A DNA stretch of 63,628 nt, filler included, from Octopus bimaculoides (GCF_001194135.2; 7 parts of 7 records of this genome joined end to end with filler, not necessarily neighbours in it); one strand, 5' to 3'. Numbered from the whole stretch's first letter, positions 1 to 12,148 are shown. A program made the numbers and translations. Notes: a model not told the origin generated them from the sequence alone.

Positions 1-55
1 ATATATATAAATATGTATATATATGTGTGTGTGTATATATATATATATAAATATG

Positions 56-100
<45 letters not shown>

Positions 101-180
101 GTATATATATATGTATATTATATATATATATACATACATATGCATACACATATAGGTATAAATATTTATATGCACACACA
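1..180. repeat. (AT)n/(GT)n compound microsatellite, representative of more than 40 such tracts in the window
   Basis: Direct reading. These tracts explain the poly-YI/CV ORFs and flank most assembly gaps. Confidence 0.95.
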
Positions 181-1119
181 CGTGTGCACTCATGCATTCT
201 TCAGTATCTCTTGCATGCTAAAGGGGAGGAATGTTCAGTTGCACAAAAAACGTCTAGTGAAAATTGGCTTAAGTGCAATGCTACATCATCATTAAAGACT
301 ATCGTTTTATTATAAATTTGAAAAATATAGTTATATAATCTCGTTCTATTTATCTCTCTATCGATATATATATGTATATATGAGAGAGAGAGAGAGAGCA
401 AGAAAGAGAAAGAAGACAACTTTAGTAAAAAGTAAAAAGTCTTTAATGTTTTATGATCTGAGATATATAAAATAAAATGAAATTTTAATTACACCTCCAT
501 TTATTCGCCTTCGTTAAATGTTTGTGTTTTTTCTCTCTTTTTTTCTTGTTTGTGTGTGATATAATTTTTCTCCCAAGTGTGCAATTATGTATAATTTTAT
601 GATTATTATTTTCTTATGAATGGCATGCTTTTGTCTGTTTGTATGCAATCATAACATGAACAGTCTTTCAAATGTCTGCCCTGGATAAACTCTCCATTTT
701 TGTTCTGTAATTCAGCTCTATATTAGATTTTGCATTTATTTACATTTTATCTACAATAACTTCTGTTTCTTTCTGATTTCTAATTTTTTCTGATTTTTAT
801 TTCAGAGCCAATAAAATAATGTTGTTATATTATTATTATTGTATTTATTCTGGGCATTAAATGCTTGCTATGACCTACTTCAGTTGCCCTTGCAGGTTTT
901 ATCAATTATGCATTTGTCTAAACCTTGTCATAATGTCACTGTACTGGTTCCACTACTTGACTTTGCACCCTGTAAGGGTTATTACAATTGAATTTCATGG
1001 CCAGTGATAGGCAAACTTTCTTTTTTCACTTTTTTTTTTCAATTAGCTGAGTTTAAATCACATTAGTGTCAATTCGTTTTTTTTTCTTTCCTGTGGTTTA
1101 TAAATTCCTTCTCTTGATA

Positions 1120-2230
1120 TGCTTTGGGTCCTGGAGTACTGTGATGCAAACGAACTAACCATTTCTAACACTGACTCCTGGAAGGTGGCTAACCACCAGA
1201 TCACCTACCAGTCAGGTGAACATTAAGACATTTACTCTATATTCTCTTGGAAATGGGATGCAATAATGGTTTTGAATGCTGAGTGTTTCCTTAGGGAAGA
1301 ATGTAACACCCAACACCAGTTAGCAGTTAGTGACTTTAGGGCAAGAGCAAAACAAATGCAAAAACACAAGGCACTTTAACCCTTTTGTTACCATATCTAT
1401 TTTGAGATGCTCTGTGTTTCTTTCAATTAATTTTAAATATAACAGAGAGTTAAGTAAAACAGCTTAGTGTTCATTAAGCTAGTGTTAGGAACATTAATTG
1501 TGACTAAGGTTTGGTGGAAGATTTTAATTCATAAATTTTGAAAACCAGACATTTGTATTAAAGAGCCAGAGGCGGTTTCAGCTGGGTTGGTATCAAAAGG
1601 GTTAAAGATGGACAATACGTAAGATGAGAGAGATTTGTCAACCATTCTAAAGGTTGAAAGAAGTACAAAGTGATGTAGATGAGAAGAGGTGAAATAGAGA
1701 CTAATAATTCAGAGGACAACTGCGAGCTACTACAAAACATCCTGCTGTTAGTGACAGACCAAATTGATAGCTGGTGCCACTACCCATCCAGTTGGAAGGG
1801 TGGTGGAAAAGTAATGTAGATAGCACCATAAAAGCTCACAGACTGTCCTGGAAAGGCCAAAAGAGAGGAAGCCTCAAAGCTAATTGTAGAGAGTAAGCGA
1901 GAAGCATAATTTTTTTAATGTTCTGTGGTATGAGAATCAGAGGCATGAATGAGGTATTTTGATTTGAATGGTAATGCATGAGAAAAAAATTGAAATTTCG
2001 TTCGAAAGAAGTGACCATAGAACAAAAATAGCACGTATTATTATTGAAGAGAAGAACTGGTCTGGAAATGCTGTTACAAGAGTTTGTTGAATGAGGAGAA
2101 TGCATGAAAGAGAGTGGGTTTACTTCCAAGTAAATCAAGTAGGGAATAGTCATGTACAGTGATAGTGTAATTAAGAGATGAAGGCAGGGAAAACAGTTGA
2201 TCTGTCAAGGGTAGTGGCTGAAGGGATTAA
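1120..2230 (+). mobile_element. Decayed RTE-clade LINE (endonuclease C-terminus and linker), split by a MITE
   Basis: Degenerate peptides VLEYCDANELTISNT..., QITYQSG, EECNTQHQLAVSDFR, WWKSNVDSTIK, WKCCYKSLLNEENA and MKAGKTVDLS occur in the order expected for RTE ORF2, with stops and frameshifts. Confidence 0.75.
1380..1601. mobile_element. piggyBac-type MITE with TTAA target-site duplication
   Basis: TTAA at 1376-1379 and 1602-1605. The ends TTAACCCTTTTGTTACCA and TGGTATCAAAAGGGTTAA are 17/18 inverted, with CCCT...AGGG termini. Confidence 0.88.
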
Positions 2231-3039
2231 TAACCTGCTTCAACAGAAAAAAAAAATATCTGTTGAAGTATGATATGAGTTAGTCATTTGAATAATCAAT
2301 CAGATAATGCAGCACATGTGGTGTAATGCCATCATCACCATCAACTGCTGCAAGTGCAACAGGGATACATTAGAAAGCTGTAACTACAGAGTCATCAAAC
2401 CAATGGACCAGGCTATAAAAGTTACTGAGAGGTAGTACAGCTGATTAGAATCTGAATTAACCTTGATGTGATGGCGTTATGCTTTATGCCTCTATATTGC
2501 TCTTTTCAAATCCAAACAACCAACTGCTAGCAGTTACAGTCTCTCTCCCTCCAACTACTTCCTTTTCATCATCATCACGCTCACACTCATCTTCACATTC
2601 TTGATATGCTTATCTTGAAGCTATGGAGAACGCATAGAAAAATCTCTTTAGTCATTCAGGAGAGAAGGTAAATTCTCTTTGTAAAGTAGTTACCCATCAA
2701 ATGGAAATACTGTAGGGTAGAGAAGATACTTCAATTTTGTCATGACCATGAGGGATCATGACAACCTCTCCTGTGCTGGTGCCCCAATACAACGCATCCA
2801 GTATACTAGTAAAGTAGTTGCTATTAGGAAGGGTTTTTGGCCATAGAAACTATACCAAGCTGTAATGGATGTGCAAGACATGATCTTCTCTCTCATGGGG
2901 ACAGTAATTCTAAAGAAAAGTAACTCAAAAGAAAAACTGGTTTGAATCATGAGAACATGAACTAACAGTTATCTCATAAAAATCAGAAAGCTATAAGACA
3001 ATGCATTATTAATTTGAAGGAATGTGAATAAATAAGCAT

Positions 3040-3238
3040 TACACTTGACAGAATAATCTGATTACTAAAGGTTTAAAGTGATCAGAGTTTAAGACTTTCC
3101 ATCAGTATTCTATGTTTATTTATGTTCTTAATACAGTTTAATAATGACAAAGTTATTTTACTAAATTCTTCATTACTTTCAAAATGAACTGAAACAAAGG
3201 CAATACATGCTGACACAAATAGAGTAACAAAATGTTAA
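3040..3238 (-). mobile_element. Older partial relative of the TTAA MITE
   Basis: The reverse complement begins TTAACATTTTGTTAC and aligns loosely with 1376-1550. Confidence 0.5.
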
Positions 3239-3828
3239 GATACAATGTTATAGAGTTTATACTGAAACATTAGTACATTGGCTCATTTAGCTGCTTTACT
3301 CTCAGGCAAGAGATAAACATACAAATTTTTAGTTATAGACTACAGAAAAGTTTTTGAATTCATTACAAAAATGTAATGAAATATTTAATTGGAGATAAAA
3401 TTAAGCTGAATTTTTGAGAAATTAGAGTAAGATGCGAGAAACATTTAAGTTAAAAAATTAAATTCCTCTCATTGTAATAATATTTCTGTTGACAAAGTCT
3501 AGATAAAACGGATGTCTCTTTTAACTGATAAGCTATATAAAATAGTGAAGTTCAATGTTTTCATTTATCTTTATTGGACAGTTTATTGTAGAAGTGTCGA
3601 ATTTCTTTGGATTAGCTGTCAAGATTCAGACAACTAAAATGCAAAGATAGAATGAAATATAAAAAAAAAGTTGGTGTCATAATTTATCTTAATTTTTAAT
3701 TTGTGTTTGTGTTTTGATAATTAGTTAAAACACTTTTTTTTTTATTATTGTAAACAAGAAAGGGGAGGCATTCATACGATATATTATTGAGTTCTACTTG
3801 ATTGCCAAAGGATTTTAATATGAGGAAG

Positions 3829-3860
<32 letters not shown>

Positions 3861-3964
3861 AGAAAGTTGAAAAACTAAAGCGATTGCATCTTGATAGTTA
3901 TTGTGATAAGAAACACATATCCACCCCACCTCCATTTGTGCTTTATTATTAATTTTGAACTATT

Positions 3965-4108
3965 AGGTAGTGAGCTTGCAGAATCATTTAGCACACCAGA
4001 CAAAACACTAAGATTAGGCTGGGCAAAGTTCAGAGTGCTCTTACCCCTGCTTGCAACAAAGGACCTCACTCTCAGAGTGAAAGGCAGATTGCTTGATGCC
4101 TGTGTGCA
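3965..4108 (+). mobile_element. Chimera of a SINE-B head (3965-4010) and an RTE RT C-terminal fragment (4011-4108)
   Basis: AGGTAGTGAGCTTGCAGAATCATTTAGCACACCAGACAAAA matches the family B 5' end. It is followed by RLGWAKFRVLLPLLATKDLTLRVKGRLLDACV, typical of RTE ORF2. Confidence 0.7.
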
Positions 4109-5662
4109 TCTCTCAGCTGGGAGAGGGATTTGTAATACACATGGCAAGTCTTTGATAGCAAATAATATATATTATTGTTATAAGATAACAAAGTAAATGT
4201 AAATACAGGGATATATGATTTTAATGCTTACAATCATTCTAACAGAGTGTAATTGTCACATTTGTATTTTTGTTCTCAAACTTATTTTAGTTGAGTTTTT
4301 TTTCCCCAAGAATTTATGCAAATTTTAAAGGTAAATGTTTACAATGTATTTTCCCATATTTAGCAATAAATTTGTGCCATGATATTAATGGGTTTGAAAT
4401 GACCATTTGTAATTCACTCATACACTTTTTTTTGTACCCTCTGTATTTTTTTTTTTTAAATGTGTATTCAAAATATCACTGTCTTCATCACAGCATCCAT
4501 TTGATGCTGGTATGGTTTAGATAAGCATGCAGCATAAAATAATCATTTGAGTTGGTCCCCACATCATCATGTCCTTCAAAACTAACTTTATGATTTTTAA
4601 CCTCACCGCTTAGTTCCCATATCTTTCTAGAAACAACTTTCAACCGGGTATTATAGAAATTCCACATACTAGAACAGTTTTTAGTGCTTAAGTAAAGGTA
4701 ATCCTTTGATATCGGAGTCATTACTAAAGAAAATTAGGTAATTACTGTCTCTAAGATTTTATTCAAGTTTCTGATGTAAAATAAAATTTTCAAATTGTAT
4801 AATGAATTTTACCAAGAAATTCTAAATTCTTTTCTTGAACAACACAATTAGTAACCTCATGCCATCAGCATTGGGTACATTTTTAATTAATTTTCTCAAA
4901 AGCTTTAATGTTTTCACTGTTGATTTAATTAGGGATTTAATGAAATACAATTTTGAAAGACGCTTTTAACTTTATTTGAACAGTTGTTAAACATGCAAAG
5001 ATATTTGTCTTAGTGAATCTGAACAAGCCATATACAGTTTCTGTTGTTTGTTTTCTATGGTTTTCAGTCTTGCTTAAAACTTTATGGTTTTTAAATAAAA
5101 CATAACTCTTGTTATTTTTGTAGAGGTCATTCTTTTCTGACTTATGCTACTTTGAATATTTCATGTCATATCTGTAATCAGAATCCCTTTTTGACAGTTT
5201 CACAGATAAATTTAGAATCAACTCTAAGTTTCTTTTGTGGATCAGATCTACATATGCACACATACAGATGCATGTACATGCTGCCTTTTCTCTCAATAAT
5301 AAATATAACTATGTATTTTTTTTAAACTCTCACATAATGTACACCTTAACATTTTCTATTAAAAAGAAAATTGACAATTTATTTTTCTGATTGCTTGCCA
5401 TTTGTTTATCTTATTTGTCATATTACATATCTCCATGAAGCTGTTCTTTTAATAGTATTTTCTGGAGTCAAATATTTTTTTCCTTTCACCTTTAAGAATT
5501 ATATTAAAAATTTTGTTTTAAAAGTTTAGATCTGGTCTCATATTTTACATGTTATCTTCTATTTTAAAGCTTAATATATTTTTAAGAAGAAAAATTATGG
5601 AAATAGCATTTGACTTTTGTATAATAAATTGTAACTATGAATTTGCTTTTAATGGCTTCCAG

Positions 5663-5747
5663 CAATATATAGCCCTCATGTGCTTATCGCTGAAGAGGAA
5701 AAAATAATTGATGATGTGGACGGGGAAGAATTCGTCTTCAAGGAAAA
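5663..5747 (+). CDS. ARHGEF7: PIX-family RhoGEF (beta-PIX/ARHGEF7-like), third-from-last coding exon: xIYSPHVLIAEEEKIIDDVDGEEFVFKE(K)
   Basis: Acceptor ttccAG at 5661-5662 and donor GTATGT at 5748. The peptide matches the vertebrate beta-PIX segment APQVLLPEEEKIIVEE...VIEEK as I recall it. The phase-2 end joins the next exon in frame (AA|G = Lys). An alternative AG at 5671-5672 makes the 5' edge slightly uncertain. Confidence 0.88.
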
Positions 5748-7344
5748 GTATGTCTATGTTTTTTGTCAATATTGTTTTCTAAGTTTTCTAAGTTTTTCAT
5801 TTTCAATATGCTTAATACAAATTTTGTGTTTTTTGATAATTAAAAAAAAAAAAATTTGCTTATATAAAGTTTTGTGATATATCTAGAACAGAATAAGTTG
5901 AAATTTATTGCATTTTTTGAAAGTTGCAACTGAGTTTTAAGGTGGTTAAATAATAAATAGCAATAAATATGATCCAAAACAATTTTTACACACACTGAAT
6001 TCAGGTGTTAGCGTGTTTATTAAATGTTAATGTAACTTTTTTGCCAAGTTACTTTGAAGGCTACTAGTAATGTGTGGGGTGCAGTGAATTCACTGCAACC
6101 TATTATGTAGTCAGGTTATTGGTGAGCAATAACAGTCTCATTTGCAGGTTAGCCTGGGGAGGTAGGTTATTAGAAACCCAACAAGATAAAAGGCAAAACC
6201 TGCTGATAATACAGATGAACCCAGCATTGGGTTAACAAGTATCTACTACTTGTTAACCCAATCTGATAATACTTGTTAACCCAGTGTAGGGACTTAGAAA
6301 TACATGATATTGTGAAAGAAAACATAATGAGATCATTCTGGCAGTGATTCACATGAAGTTTTTGTCATTAAAATTCAGTATGCTCTGCTCTGGAATTCAG
6401 GGCAGTTGATGGCCCTTTCTCTGCACCATATATCGAGCTGGAGGTTGAATTATCTCTTACAGTTTGACTGATTCTTCCAAGTTGATAATATTCTAATATT
6501 TAGACTATTGATAGGACTGGGGTCCTTATTGTAAAACCATCAAAGGTATCTCATATGAACATACATCAGAAGTTTGCAACTTTAGATGAGAATGACTAAA
6601 ACTGTGAAGCAGTTGAAATAAGTTAAATAAGTTATGGTGACCGTAAGATTATAAAATTGAAATCATTTTGCTATATTGTCATATAATGTATATTGAATAT
6701 TTGAATATATTTACAAATATTTATATCGATCAAATTTTATGTATGTAAAACTGAATTTGTTCCTATTTATATGAGACTGTTGCATGTGTATGTGTTAGAG
6801 AGAGAGATAGATAGATAACCAATTTGCATACTCTAGTGTATGAGAATTGTAATGTGACTTTCTACATGTTAAATTAGTCAATACTGCAAACAGCATGTGC
6901 TAAAGCCTCCATTTCAAACATATTCAGGACTAATTTTGTTAAACCAGCTGCTTGTCCTCATATTGATAATGTATATAGTCAAAGGAATATAGTGAGATGC
7001 AAAACTTCAGTTAATGGAGATTATTCATCCAATTAGTAGACAGAATCTCCTTCTAGGGCTGTTTCAAAAATTCTAGAGAAAACCACGAAGTTAATAATGT
7101 GAAGGAAATTTTGGAAACTATAGAAAATGTTGCATCATGGAATATCTGCTCTTCAAGATAATGTGATATGTTTTGTTTTTAGTCTTCAAGTTTGATGGTG
7201 AGACCAAGAGCCATTAAAATGTTACAGAATGACAGTTATTGTGTGTGTGTGTGGATCTGATAACTTTCAAATATCTAATGACTTATATTTATTGTATTTA
7301 ATGGACCTTATATTATTTGAGAGGGAGAGAGAGAGAGAGAATAT

Positions 7345-7600
7345 AGAAGTGTTGTCAATCAGGTCCATGGTGGACTTCTATATTGAATGACATCACTAAT
7401 GAGGAAGTAAAGTAGAGTTGTTGGTATGGAGAAAAGTGGGGGATGGGAATATGTATGAAGTGGTCATTTGGTTAGGAGCTGTATGTTGGAGGTTGATGTT
7501 CAAAGAGGAAGAGTAACATTTGTAACAGACTCTACATCAGTTGAAATAGGAAAAGGTGATGAGGGCCAGGTCAGATGAAGAGGGAGAAATGAGAATTTAA
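7345..7600 (-). mobile_element. Possible CR1/L2-type LINE 3' end remnant
   Basis: The minus-strand translation loosely resembles the CR1 ORF2 C-terminus. Heavily decayed. Confidence 0.35.
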
Positions 7601-7924
7601 AGCAAGATATATGCAGGGGGTACATTCACTGTTGCACAAACACATGTACAAATGCAAGGTGTTTGATTGACTTCTGTATAAGATATTGTAATGAATTATG
7701 CATTTATATCCAACAAACATGTTATCTCAGAAATTGTCGAACTGGTGTGGATTCATTGTTTATTAGGTTGAGGTGTCAGTTTTAATTTGATACAAACAGC
7801 TTGTTTAGACTTCATTCATATATTTAAGCTGCTGTCGACACTTTCTCTTCTCACAGAGATGTAAATCTACCAAATATTTGTTTCAGGACAAATATAACAT
7901 TGCATTGTTTATTCTTATTTGTAG

Positions 7925-7979
7925 GGGACTGGTTGACACAGTGTACACTTTGAAAGATCATCTGAAAGAATTAAGTCTG
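7925..7979 (+). CDS. ARHGEF7: beta-PIX-like penultimate coding exon: (K)GLVDTVYTLKDHLKELSL, start of the C-terminal coiled coil
   Basis: Polypyrimidine tract plus ttgtAG at 7923-7924 and donor GTGCGT at 7980. The 55-nt exon has phases 2 and 0, fitting both neighbours. The peptide matches beta-PIX SLVDTVYALKDEVQELRQ. It is absent from the ORF track. Confidence 0.92.
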
Positions 7980-8344
7980 GTGCGTAGTATCCCTGTGTTT
8001 GTCTCTGTCTGAAGTATAATTGATACAGATCTTTCGGTTTTGTTTATTTTCTCGCATTCCATTCTTTTATCATTTATTGTGGCTATCCGAGATTTTTTTG
8101 CTGAAGCCAAATGAATTTTTTGCAAATATATGCTAATTCTTTTTCATTTGGTGAAGCCTAAAACCAATTCTATAATTCTTTTTTGAATACTACATCATTT
8201 TTACACTCCCTTTGAAATATTATTGTAAAGTTTTAATTAATTTCTCAATCTTGTGATGTAAATTTAGTTATTTAGTTAATTACATATAATTTTTGACTTG
8301 GAATTAAGTTTGTAACTATTCGTTTCAAATTTTGGCCCTTGGCC

Positions 8345-8515
8345 AATGAGTTTGGGAGAGAGAATTAAATGAATTACATTGACTCCAGTGCTCAACTAAA
8401 GGATGAAAGGCGAAGTCAACCTCAGCAGAATTTGATCTCAGGATGTAAAGACAGATGAAATGTCATTAAGCATTTTGCCTGGTGTGCTAATGTTTCTGCC
8501 AGCTTGCCACCTTCA
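8345..8515 (-). mobile_element. SINE family B (tRNA-type), CpG-decayed intronic copy
   Basis: Aligns to the copies at 48477-48680 and 37990-38180, with nearly all CpGs changed to TG or CA. Confidence 0.85.
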
Positions 8516-8850
8516 TTAAGTTTGTGACTATTCTGAATAGTTACAAACTTAATTCCAAGCTCGTAGATATATTTTTATTGTATGATGTTGTCTAAAACGA
8601 GTATTTTTGTTGTTGTCTGCTGAAGAATTAAATTGGAGACTTATTAAAAAAAAAACAAAAAAAAAACAAAAAAAAAACTTTTCAGTATGTTTACTGTTGT
8701 GATTTTCAAATTAAGTACATTAGGTGATGAAATCAGCACTCTAATTCATTCTAGTGATGATAGAAAATATAAAATGCTAGTTCATTATTTGTCTTCAGCT
8801 TGTACTTACCAGTGTTGGCATTGTTTTATTTGTACCAGAATCATTAGTGT

Positions 8851-8940
8851 TGGATAAAATGCCCTGAGTATTTGTTCTGAGTTCAAATCCTACCGAGGTT
8901 AATTTTGCTTTTCATCTGTCTGAGATTGGTGAAATAGCTT
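8851..8940 (+). mobile_element. SINE family B, 5' fragment
   Basis: Contains the B-box-like GAGTTCAAATCCTACCGAGGT followed by TTTTGCTTTTCATC. Confidence 0.65.
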
Positions 8941-9044
8941 TGCATTTATGATTTGTGCTTTCATCTGTATTTTTCCTTTCACATCCCTACTATTCTCATT
9001 TGAGACATGGACACTATATAGATGATATGTTAAAATAGTTGAGA

Positions 9045-9570
9045 GATTTCATCAGAAATGTCTAATGTGTATATTAAACATCAGTTGGGAATCTTTTACA
9101 CCTGATTCTGAAGTGCTAGAAAAGGTGGACTGTTTCAGTATGAAGCTCACCTCATCAATTACCATATACAATAGGTTGGTCATGCCATCCATTTTTATGA
9201 TTTCAGGTGTCCGAAGTGATTACTCTATGGAGAATTATTTGTTGGTAAGCTAACTCAGCACAAACCAAAAAGCGATTTCATGACATCACAAAAAAAAAAA
9301 AAAAAAAAAGACCCTTAGTTCTTAAACACCAGCACTGTTTATTGGGAACATTTCACACTGGATAAATGCACATGGCAGTCTATAATTAGAAGCAATGGCT
9401 GGCAACTGAAGAAAATCTGAATTTTCTATCAAACAGTGAAGCATAGTGTTTGAAAACTGTTGGCTGTGAAGGTCTGCATGATAGAGGGGCCCAGAGATAA
9501 TCTTACTTGTACTGTGTGTGTGGTTGCATTATTCTTTCATAGCTATACTTGTCATTCATCTAAGGTTACA
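9045..9570 (+). mobile_element. RTE LINE 3' end remnant
   Basis: Degenerate RFHQ..CILNISWESFTPDSEVLEK...YGELFVGK..QHKPKKRF..., and a terminal TCTVCG...LVIHLR zinc-finger-like end. Confidence 0.7.
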
Positions 9571-9745
9571 GTGGGAGAACAACACTGGATGCTTATATGT
9601 ATATATCTCCAACAGCATCAGTGAAGCATTGCTGTCCATTATATCTAAAGGTGTGTTCATCCACAGCCTGGCTGAAATTTTCTTTTGGATGAATGCTCAA
9701 GGACAGAGCTATTGTTATTACTGTGTGTGTGTGTGTGTGTGATAG

Positions 9746-9907
9746 GCTTCTTTCAGTTTCCATCTACCAAATCCACTTACAAGGCTTTGGTCACTTCAAG
9801 GCTATAATAAAAGACACTTGCCCAAAGTGTCATGTAGAGAAACTGAACCTTAAACCACCTAGATGGGTAGTGAACTTCTTAACCACACACTGATGCCTGT
9901 GTACCTA
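9746..9907 (-). mobile_element. SINE family A, 5' half, CpG-decayed
   Basis: Reverse complement of the 58824-58985 head (CAGTTTCCATCTACCAAATCCACTTACAAGGCTTTGGTC). Confidence 0.8.
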
Positions 9908-9974
9908 TGATGTGTGTATGTATATGTATGTATTCACTCACCCTATATATAGACCACAGTCAGTTTCAGCAGTG

Positions 9975-10790
9975 CTGTCTAGACTCCTTAAAAACAGCTT
10001 GTTGGTGTGGAGTTGTTTGACCCAGCTTCAAACTCTTTCTTGCTTACTCATTAGTCATCACACTATCTCTTTTACAGGAGTGCTGGAGGAATACGTTAAA
10101 GTAACCTGTGTATAATTTATACATCACATTGAAGCATGTTATAAGCCTGTAGATTTTGACCACATGTATCTCCTGGTTTTTAGCTTCTAGTCCTGTACAT
10201 GCAACTACCAGCTAGTCTCGCACATCAATCTCAGTATTCATTGTTTGGGCAGGTTAATAAGGGCTGTTCTATAGGATGTGAGATATCCTTACCAACAAAT
10301 GATTACCAAGTCTTTTTACTAGGTGATTTTCCATTCAGTAGTTTTGCATGGCAGTTGTTGGTATAAGTTTTAGGAGACACTTGCGCAGTGCTCAGTTCAT
10401 AGCTCACTTAACTATATTGCATTGCAGTTGTGTTGCTTGTTTACATTCCAGACTCTAGGTCATCTTGGGGAGGAGTTTTTATGATGTTGATGGGATGACC
10501 TAGCATTCAAGCAGTATATTACAATAACAAAGTTTTTTGCTTACTGCTTACAATTTGTATTTAAGGACAGCTTGTCTATTAGTCTCTGGTTGACAGTTCT
10601 CATAAGCCTTAGATAATCTACAGATTAGTCACTGCTTCTGGTTAGTGAATTTACTATTCACTTTGCACTTTTTCTTAGTTTGTTGATATTTATCATAAAA
10701 GTGGTCATCCATTATGGTTGTTTTCTGTTCTCATTATCCCATCTGTTGATGAATGATAATTGCTGTACAGTATATTAAAATATTCGATGT
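9975..10790 (-). mobile_element. R4/Dong-like (RLE-type) LINE reverse-transcriptase remnant
   Basis: The minus strand gives YRLITCFNVMYKLYTGYFNVFLQ, followed by degenerate EQAG...QQLLINK-like motifs of early-branching RLE LINEs. Confidence 0.65.
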
Positions 10791-10989
10791 CTAAAAATCT
10801 GTCGGTTGTATCTTAGTTACATAATCCATCACTAATATGAGATTGGTAGGTTTTTCTTTCAATTCAAGTTTTATTCTTTCATGTTATAATTCTCTCATGT
10901 AATTGTTTATTAATGCAGATGGTAAAGATTTATTTAAGTTTTGTTGTGAATTGTGCTTCCAGTTCATATTCTTCAATCTCATTACTATT

Positions 10990-11350
10990 CTTAATTCATA
11001 ATTAGTTACTGCTTGTTTGTGTAGCGGTAGTCTGTGCCTCTCAGTTTTATTATTGCCAAAGAGCTTCCCGCTTTCCTGAAATCTTTCTTCCACCTCACCC
11101 CTATTCACTTCTCTTCTACTTTTCATTTCCTATTCCTTCTCCCCATCCCTCTTTCTCACCTACCTAGTTTCTCTCTCCTACTGCTTCCTGCCTTTGTAAG
11201 CACACTCATTGTTTTGTGTTCCCCATCACTTGCAGCCCATGTTCAAACATAAAGAATGTCTTTCCACCTTTTCCCTGACATTACAAACCTGAAGAAAAAC
11301 CCTACCTGAAACATTGGATACTCTCTTCCCTGAAAATTATTCATTCTTTT
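10990..11350 (+). mobile_element. Penelope-like element 3' tail / pseudo-LTR remnant
   Basis: A pyrimidine-rich tract is followed by CTGAAGA-n12-GAAAC (11289-11312), the layout seen in Penelope pseudo-LTRs. Family assignment is inference. Confidence 0.35.
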
Positions 11351-12022
11351 TGTTGCTTTCTATAAAGTCTTGCTAATGCAGCTGTATGTATGTATCTATG
11401 TATGCGAGTGTATTTAAAATGTATTTGTGTGTGCTTGTGTATGCACATACATGTGTCTGTATATGGATTCCTGCATATGTGTACATTTCTGTGTATGTAT
11501 ATATATGTATGTGTGTGTGTTTGTGTACTAATATATATAGGTTTGTTAAAGCATCCTTTACTTCATATATTGTCCTTTGCATGACCAATTCAAAAATAAA
11601 ATTTTCTGTATGATATATATGTTGTTTATTTCTGCCTGCTCACAACTTTCTCTATCTCTCCTCCTTCCCCAAGTTTCTCACTCCCTATGTCCTTATGTTA
11701 TGATTAGTGTCCATGCAATAATTCACCATCTAGCAAAAAAGTTTTCTTTTCATTTACTTGTGATCTCTTTTGCTCTAAAAGTGTTACCTTTAGTATTAAT
11801 TTTGTGAAAGTAAAAGCAAATGTATGAAATAAAAATTTGAGGCATTTTAGCTTTCACTTTCTTATTGTTTTGCATTCTCTTTCAATAAAAAAAAAATTTA
11901 TGTTTGTGTATATATATGTATGTATCTTTTATGGTATCACACATTTATATATTGCTCAATATGATGGTAGAAGGTACTTCTTGAATGATATGAAGAAATG
12001 TCTGTTTTGTGTGTTATTGCAG

Positions 12023-12148
12023 GAACAGAAAAAACTGCGCAAAGATTTGGATGAAGAAGTAAAAGCAAGAAAGAAACTTGAAAGCATTTTACCTGTCACT
12101 TTGAAGAATGCTGGTCATACAACCACCTGGGAAGAGAATATGACATAG
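12023..12148 (+). CDS. ARHGEF7: beta-PIX-like terminal coding exon: EQKKLRKDLDEEVKARKKLESILPVTLKNAGHTTTWEENMT*
   Basis: Acceptor ttgcAG at 12021-12022, phase 0, 41 codons plus TAG. Matches beta-PIX DNKKMKKSLEEEQRARKDLEKLVRKVLKNMNDPAWDETNL. Confidence 0.92.
   Translation, partial: EQKKLRKDLDEEVKARKKLESILPVTLKNAGHTTTWEENMT

Noticed and set aside
4200-4721. Possible mariner-like TIR end (4422-4445) and a minus-strand ORF
   Set aside because: No matching second TIR and no convincing catalytic motifs.
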